This document shows, in pieces, positions 60,474 through 64,000 of a DNA stretch of 64,000 bases (positions are counted from its first letter, which is position 1; every line of letters begins with the position of its first letter). The notes below the pieces were generated by a model. That model worked only from the letters and a program-made list of their open reading frames with translations, searched no databases and was not told the DNA's origin. The stretch lies in contig CAZLFP010000002.1 of NCBI GenBank assembly GCA_964558935.1, forward strand, positions 16,356-80,355, read 5' to 3'. A program made the position numbers and the translations under genes. The stretch is from an uncultured Gammaproteobacteria bacterium. GTDB lineage: Bacteria; Patescibacteriota; Patescibacteriia; 2-01-FULL-39-33.

Positions 60474-62306
60474 TTATTTAACCTCTTCTTTCTTTTCTTC
60501 AAACAAAGCTTTAAATTCTTCTGCTTCAATAGTTTCTTTTTCCAGCAGTTCATTAGCTATCTTGTCCAGCATCTCCCTATTCTCAGTAATGATTTTGGTG
60601 GCTAAAGCAGCCGCTTCATCTGTTAAGCGTTTAATTTCTTCATCTATTTCCTGAGCTGTTTTTTCCGAATAATCTCTTTGTTCATGCAGTTCTCTACCCA
60701 AGAAAACCAATTCTTCTTTTTGACCAAAAGTTCTTAGTCCCATTTTGTCACTCATGCCGTACTCCGTAATTAACTGTTTGGCTAACTGGGTTACTTGTCT
60801 TAAATCTCCTTGAGCTCCGGTGGTAACTTGGTTAAAGACCACATCTTCAGCAATTCTACCACCCAAACTAACAGCCAAGTCTTCCAGGAATTCTTCTTTA
60901 GTGTGTAGTTTTCGGTCTTCCAATGGCAGTTTTAAAGTAAAACCGGCTGCGCTACCTCGTGAGATAATGGATACTTTGGAAACCGGATCGGTGTTCGGCA
61001 AGAGATGGGCGACCAAAGCATGACCGGCTTCATGGTAAGCAGTAATTTTCTTTTCTTGTTCGTTTAAGATGTGACTCTTTCTTTCCGGCCCCAACATAAC
61101 CTTATCTATACTTCTTAAAATATGATCATTGGTAACTTGTTTCTTATTTTCCAAAGCGGTTAAAATGGCTGCTTCATTTAACAGATTAGCCAGATCTGCT
61201 CCGGAAAAACCAGGTGTTCTCTCGGCTGTTAATCTTAGATTAACCTCAGGAGATAAGGGTTTGGTTTTGGCGTGTACTTTTAGAATGGCTTCTCTGTCAT
61301 TGATATCCGGTAAGTCTAAAATAACTCTTCGGTCAAAACGACCTGGTCGCAGCAGTGCTTTGTCTAAAACGTCTGGTCGGTTGGTGGCAGCAATGACGAT
61401 AACATTGGCGTTGGGTTCAAAACCATCCATTTCAACCAAGATTTGGTTTAAGGTTTGTTCTCTTTCATCATGAGAACCGCCCAGGCCAGCCCCTCGTTGT
61501 CTGCCCACTGCATCTATTTCATCGATAAAGATAATACAGGGAGAATTCTTTTTGGCTTTTTTAAACAAATCTCTAACTCTGGAAGCACCCACACCGACAA
61601 ACATTTCCACAAATTCTGAACCGGAAATAGAAAAGAATGGCACACTGGCTTCACCGGCTACGGCTTTAGCCAATAAAGTTTTACCGGTTCCAGGAGCGCC
61701 TAAAAGCAGAACGCCTTTTGGAATCTTAGCTCCCAAGGCAATGAATTTTTTGGGATTCTTTAAAAAATCCACTACCTCAGTTAATTCTTGCTTGGCCTCT
61801 TTAACACCAGCTACATCTTTAAAAGCCACTTTGGTGTTTTTGTTGGGATTAAATTCTTTGGCCTGGCTTTGTCCAAAACTCATGGCTTTGTTGTTGGCAC
61901 CTTGAGCTTGTCGCATAATGAACCAAAAAAAGGCGACAAAAAAGATAATGGGAATAACAAAAGGCAAAACAGTCACTAAAACAATTTGCCAATCGCTATC
62001 CGTTTGCACTTCAATATCTATTTGTCTGATTTTTTCAGGATCAACACTGTAATTGTTTAAAAGTGAGCTCAAGCTTTCAGTCATTTCCTTTTTTGCAATT
62101 TCCTGTCTTTGATCTTTTAAAGTAATTAAGAGCTTCGTGTCCTGAACTTCAATTTTTTGAACCTGGTCGGTTTCTATCTGGTTGATTAAAGTTGTAATAT
62201 CTACCGGTTCGATATTATCTTCAGACAAATTAAAAAAACTGAGCAAGGCGCCGATTAGAATTAGCACCAAAAAAAAGATTAATACATTTTTAGTCACACT
62301 TTTCAT
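60474..62306 (-). CDS. ftsH: ATP-dependent zinc metalloprotease FtsH
   Basis: Two TM helices, [25 protein letters not shown]. Confidence 0.98.
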   Translation of the reverse strand: MKSVTKNVLIFFLVLILIGALLSFFNLSEDNIEPVDITTLINQIETDQVQKIEVQDTKLLITLKDQRQEIAKKEMTESLSSLLNNYSVDPEKIRQIDIEVQTDSDWQIVLVTVLPFVIPIIFFVAFFWFIMRQAQGANNKAMSFGQSQAKEFNPNKNTKVAFKDVAGVKEAKQELTEVVDFLKNPKKFIALGAKIPKGVLLLGAPGTGKTLLAKAVAGEASVPFFSISGSEFVEMFVGVGASRVRDLFKKAKKNSPCIIFIDEIDAVGRQRGAGLGGSHDEREQTLNQILVEMDGFEPNANVIVIAATNRPDVLDKALLRPGRFDRRVILDLPDINDREAILKVHAKTKPLSPEVNLRLTAERTPGFSGADLANLLNEAAILTALENKKQVTNDHILRSIDKVMLGPERKSHILNEQEKKITAYHEAGHALVAHLLPNTDPVSKVSIISRGSAAGFTLKLPLEDRKLHTKEEFLEDLAVSLGGRIAEDVVFNQVTTGAQGDLRQVTQLAKQLITEYGMSDKMGLRTFGQKEELVFLGRELHEQRDYSEKTAQEIDEEIKRLTDEAAALATKIITENREMLDKIANELLEKETIEAEEFKALFEEKKEEVK

Positions 62307-62368
62307 GAGTTTATTTCAAGTTAGATATGAGTTATAATATATGCATATAATAATGATTTTGACTCAAA

Positions 62369-62956
62369 ATGTCAAATAAGTTGAAAAAAATTACGGATCA
62401 GGTACTGGCTACCAGTCTATTAAAGTTAATTCCTGGTTGGTTAAGCCCCAATTTCTTTTCGGTCTTAAGGTTGGTACTCATCCCTTTTGTGGTTCTGTTT
62501 ATCGTTCTAAATTGGTTTGGTTTAAGCTTAAGTCTGTTTATTTTGGCAGCTGTCTCAGACAGTATAGACGGAGCTTTAGCCAGAACCAGGCATCAGATAT
62601 CTGACAAAGGTGTTTTAATGGATCCGGTGGCAGATAAGTTGTTAATCATCTTAACTATTTTGTTTTTAATGTTATATTATCCAGAACCTGTCTTGTTTAT
62701 TGCAATCATTGTTATTAATATCATCTTAGGCTTGGGTGCGTTCATATCCTTGGTTATTAAAGGGCAAGCTCCAACTTCTAATGTAGTTGGCAATCTAAAG
62801 ATGATGTTGGAATCTTTAGGCATTGTTTGTGTTTTTATCTTCTTAGCTTTCCCAACCATCTATACCTACTGGTTATCCGTTGCTGTTTTAATAACCGCAT
62901 TGTTGCTTGGCATGTTAAGCATTCTAGTCTACACTTACCGACATGTTATGGAATAA
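62369..62956 (+). CDS. CDP-alcohol phosphatidyltransferase (PgsA-like)
   Basis: DSIDGALAR...G..MDPVADK signature. Confidence 0.9.
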   Translation: MSNKLKKITDQVLATSLLKLIPGWLSPNFFSVLRLVLIPFVVLFIVLNWFGLSLSLFILAAVSDSIDGALARTRHQISDKGVLMDPVADKLLIILTILFLMLYYPEPVLFIAIIVINIILGLGAFISLVIKGQAPTSNVVGNLKMMLESLGIVCVFIFLAFPTIYTYWLSVAVLITALLLGMLSILVYTYRHVME

Positions 62957-62987
62957 AAAAACTCCCTAGCCATAGGGAGTTTTTTAT

Positions 62988-64000
62988 TTAAGCTTGTTCT
63001 TCTGCTTGAGGTGTATCAGCCGGAACTGCTTTTTTGTCTTCAGCCGGCTCTTCTGCTTTAGGTTCTTGAGATGTTTCTTCAACTTTTGGTTCTTCTTGTG
63101 TTTCCTTCTTTACTTCTTCCGGTTTAGGTTCAACCAAACTTAAGCCCAATCGATGATTCTTGGGTTCCATGGAAACAATGAAGAAATCCAGTTCATCACC
63201 AGCCTTGGCTACATCATGGATGTTGTTAACCGGCTTGTCTGTTAATTGGGAAATATGGGCCAAGCCTTGAATATCTTCATCGATTTTGACAAATAATCCA
63301 AAGGGATTGGCTTTCACTACCTTGCCTTTAACTTTTTGTCCAATTTTGTATTTCTTGTCTAATTCAGCCCAGGGATCAGTGGCTAATTTCTTCATAGATA
63401 AAAAGATTTTGGAATTTTCAATGCCAATGATCTCAGCTTTAACGCTCTGGCCAACTTTGACAAAATCATTCGGATCATCAATTCGTTGCCAAGCGATTTC
63501 AGAGATATGGATCAAGCCTTCCAACTTGTCGAATTCCACAAACACTCCAAAGTCAGTTACGGCTGTCACCTTACCTTCAATGACATCGCCTACTTGGTAT
63601 TTGTTGATCACATGCTGTTGAGTTTGTTCCCACGCCGCCTTCTCTGAGACGATTAACTTATCTTCGTTTTCATTGGCATCAATAATTTTAGCTTCAAACT
63701 TTTGTCCAATGTAGCTTTTGAGAATTTCCAAGATTCTGTTCTTGTCACCACCCTGAACTCTAGGATAGTGTTCCGGAGATAATTGAGAAACCGGTAGAAA
63801 GCCGATGGTGTTTTCGACTTTAATCATCAAGCCGCCTTTATTGGCGTCAGTAATTAATGCTTCCACCACGGCACCGTCTTGCTCATACTGTTTAATGTTT
63901 TTCCAAGCTTTTTGTCTGCCTGCGTAACGGAAAGACAGTTCCATTTCACCATTTTCATTTTCCAATTCCAAAACGGTCGCTTCCACTTGGTCACCCGGTT
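62988..64000 (-). CDS. rpsA: 30S ribosomal protein S1, 5'-truncated by window edge
   Basis: Tandem S1 repeats (NKGGL, FGVFVE..GLIHISE, FGLFV..GLAHISQ). Confidence 0.92.
   Translation of the reverse strand, partial: PGDQVEATVLELENENGEMELSFRYAGRQKAWKNIKQYEQDGAVVEALITDANKGGLMIKVENTIGFLPVSQLSPEHYPRVQGGDKNRILEILKSYIGQKFEAKIIDANENEDKLIVSEKAAWEQTQQHVINKYQVGDVIEGKVTAVTDFGVFVEFDKLEGLIHISEIAWQRIDDPNDFVKVGQSVKAEIIGIENSKIFLSMKKLATDPWAELDKKYKIGQKVKGKVVKANPFGLFVKIDEDIQGLAHISQLTDKPVNNIHDVAKAGDELDFFIVSMEPKNHRLGLSLVEPKPEEVKKETQEEPKVEETSQEPKAEEPAEDKKAVPADTPQAEEQA

Noticed and set aside
60439-62983. Similar AACTCCC...GGGAGTT hairpins (28447, 60439, 62957) as a REP/MITE family
   Set aside because: Short, different loops, positioned as ordinary terminators

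Overview
Chromosomal window of a bacterium with the hallmarks of Patescibacteria/CPR. This is inferred from gene content: CPR-type pilin, DUF5663-like gene, dimeric GlyRS, a very large acidic surface protein and a TrmB-like fragment. TGA is used as a stop, so genetic code 11 applies. The housekeeping backbone comprises pnp, lspA, groES/EL with CIRCE, pyk, ppsA, lgt, gpmI, smpB-ssrA-infC-rpmI-rplT, glyQS, parAB, topA-dprA, pth-der, tsaDE, a PilB-like ATPase, ftsH, pgsA and rpsA. There are five tRNAs and a lexA-dinB/SRAP SOS cassette with a GAAC-N4-GTTC box. Main observations: (1) core genes have no Shine-Dalgarno (SD) site and many look leaderless, whereas about a dozen interspersed accessory units carry strong AGGAGG-type SDs; (2) a separately transcribed, heavily base-paired ~440-nt RNA (51.06-51.51 kb) displays anti-SD CCUCCU in two hairpin loops, suggesting a possible RNA-based control of SD-led mRNAs; (3) a second ~360-nt structured RNA lies next to a DnaA-box cluster at 3.6-4.16 kb. 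All structures were folded by eye and no database searches were run.
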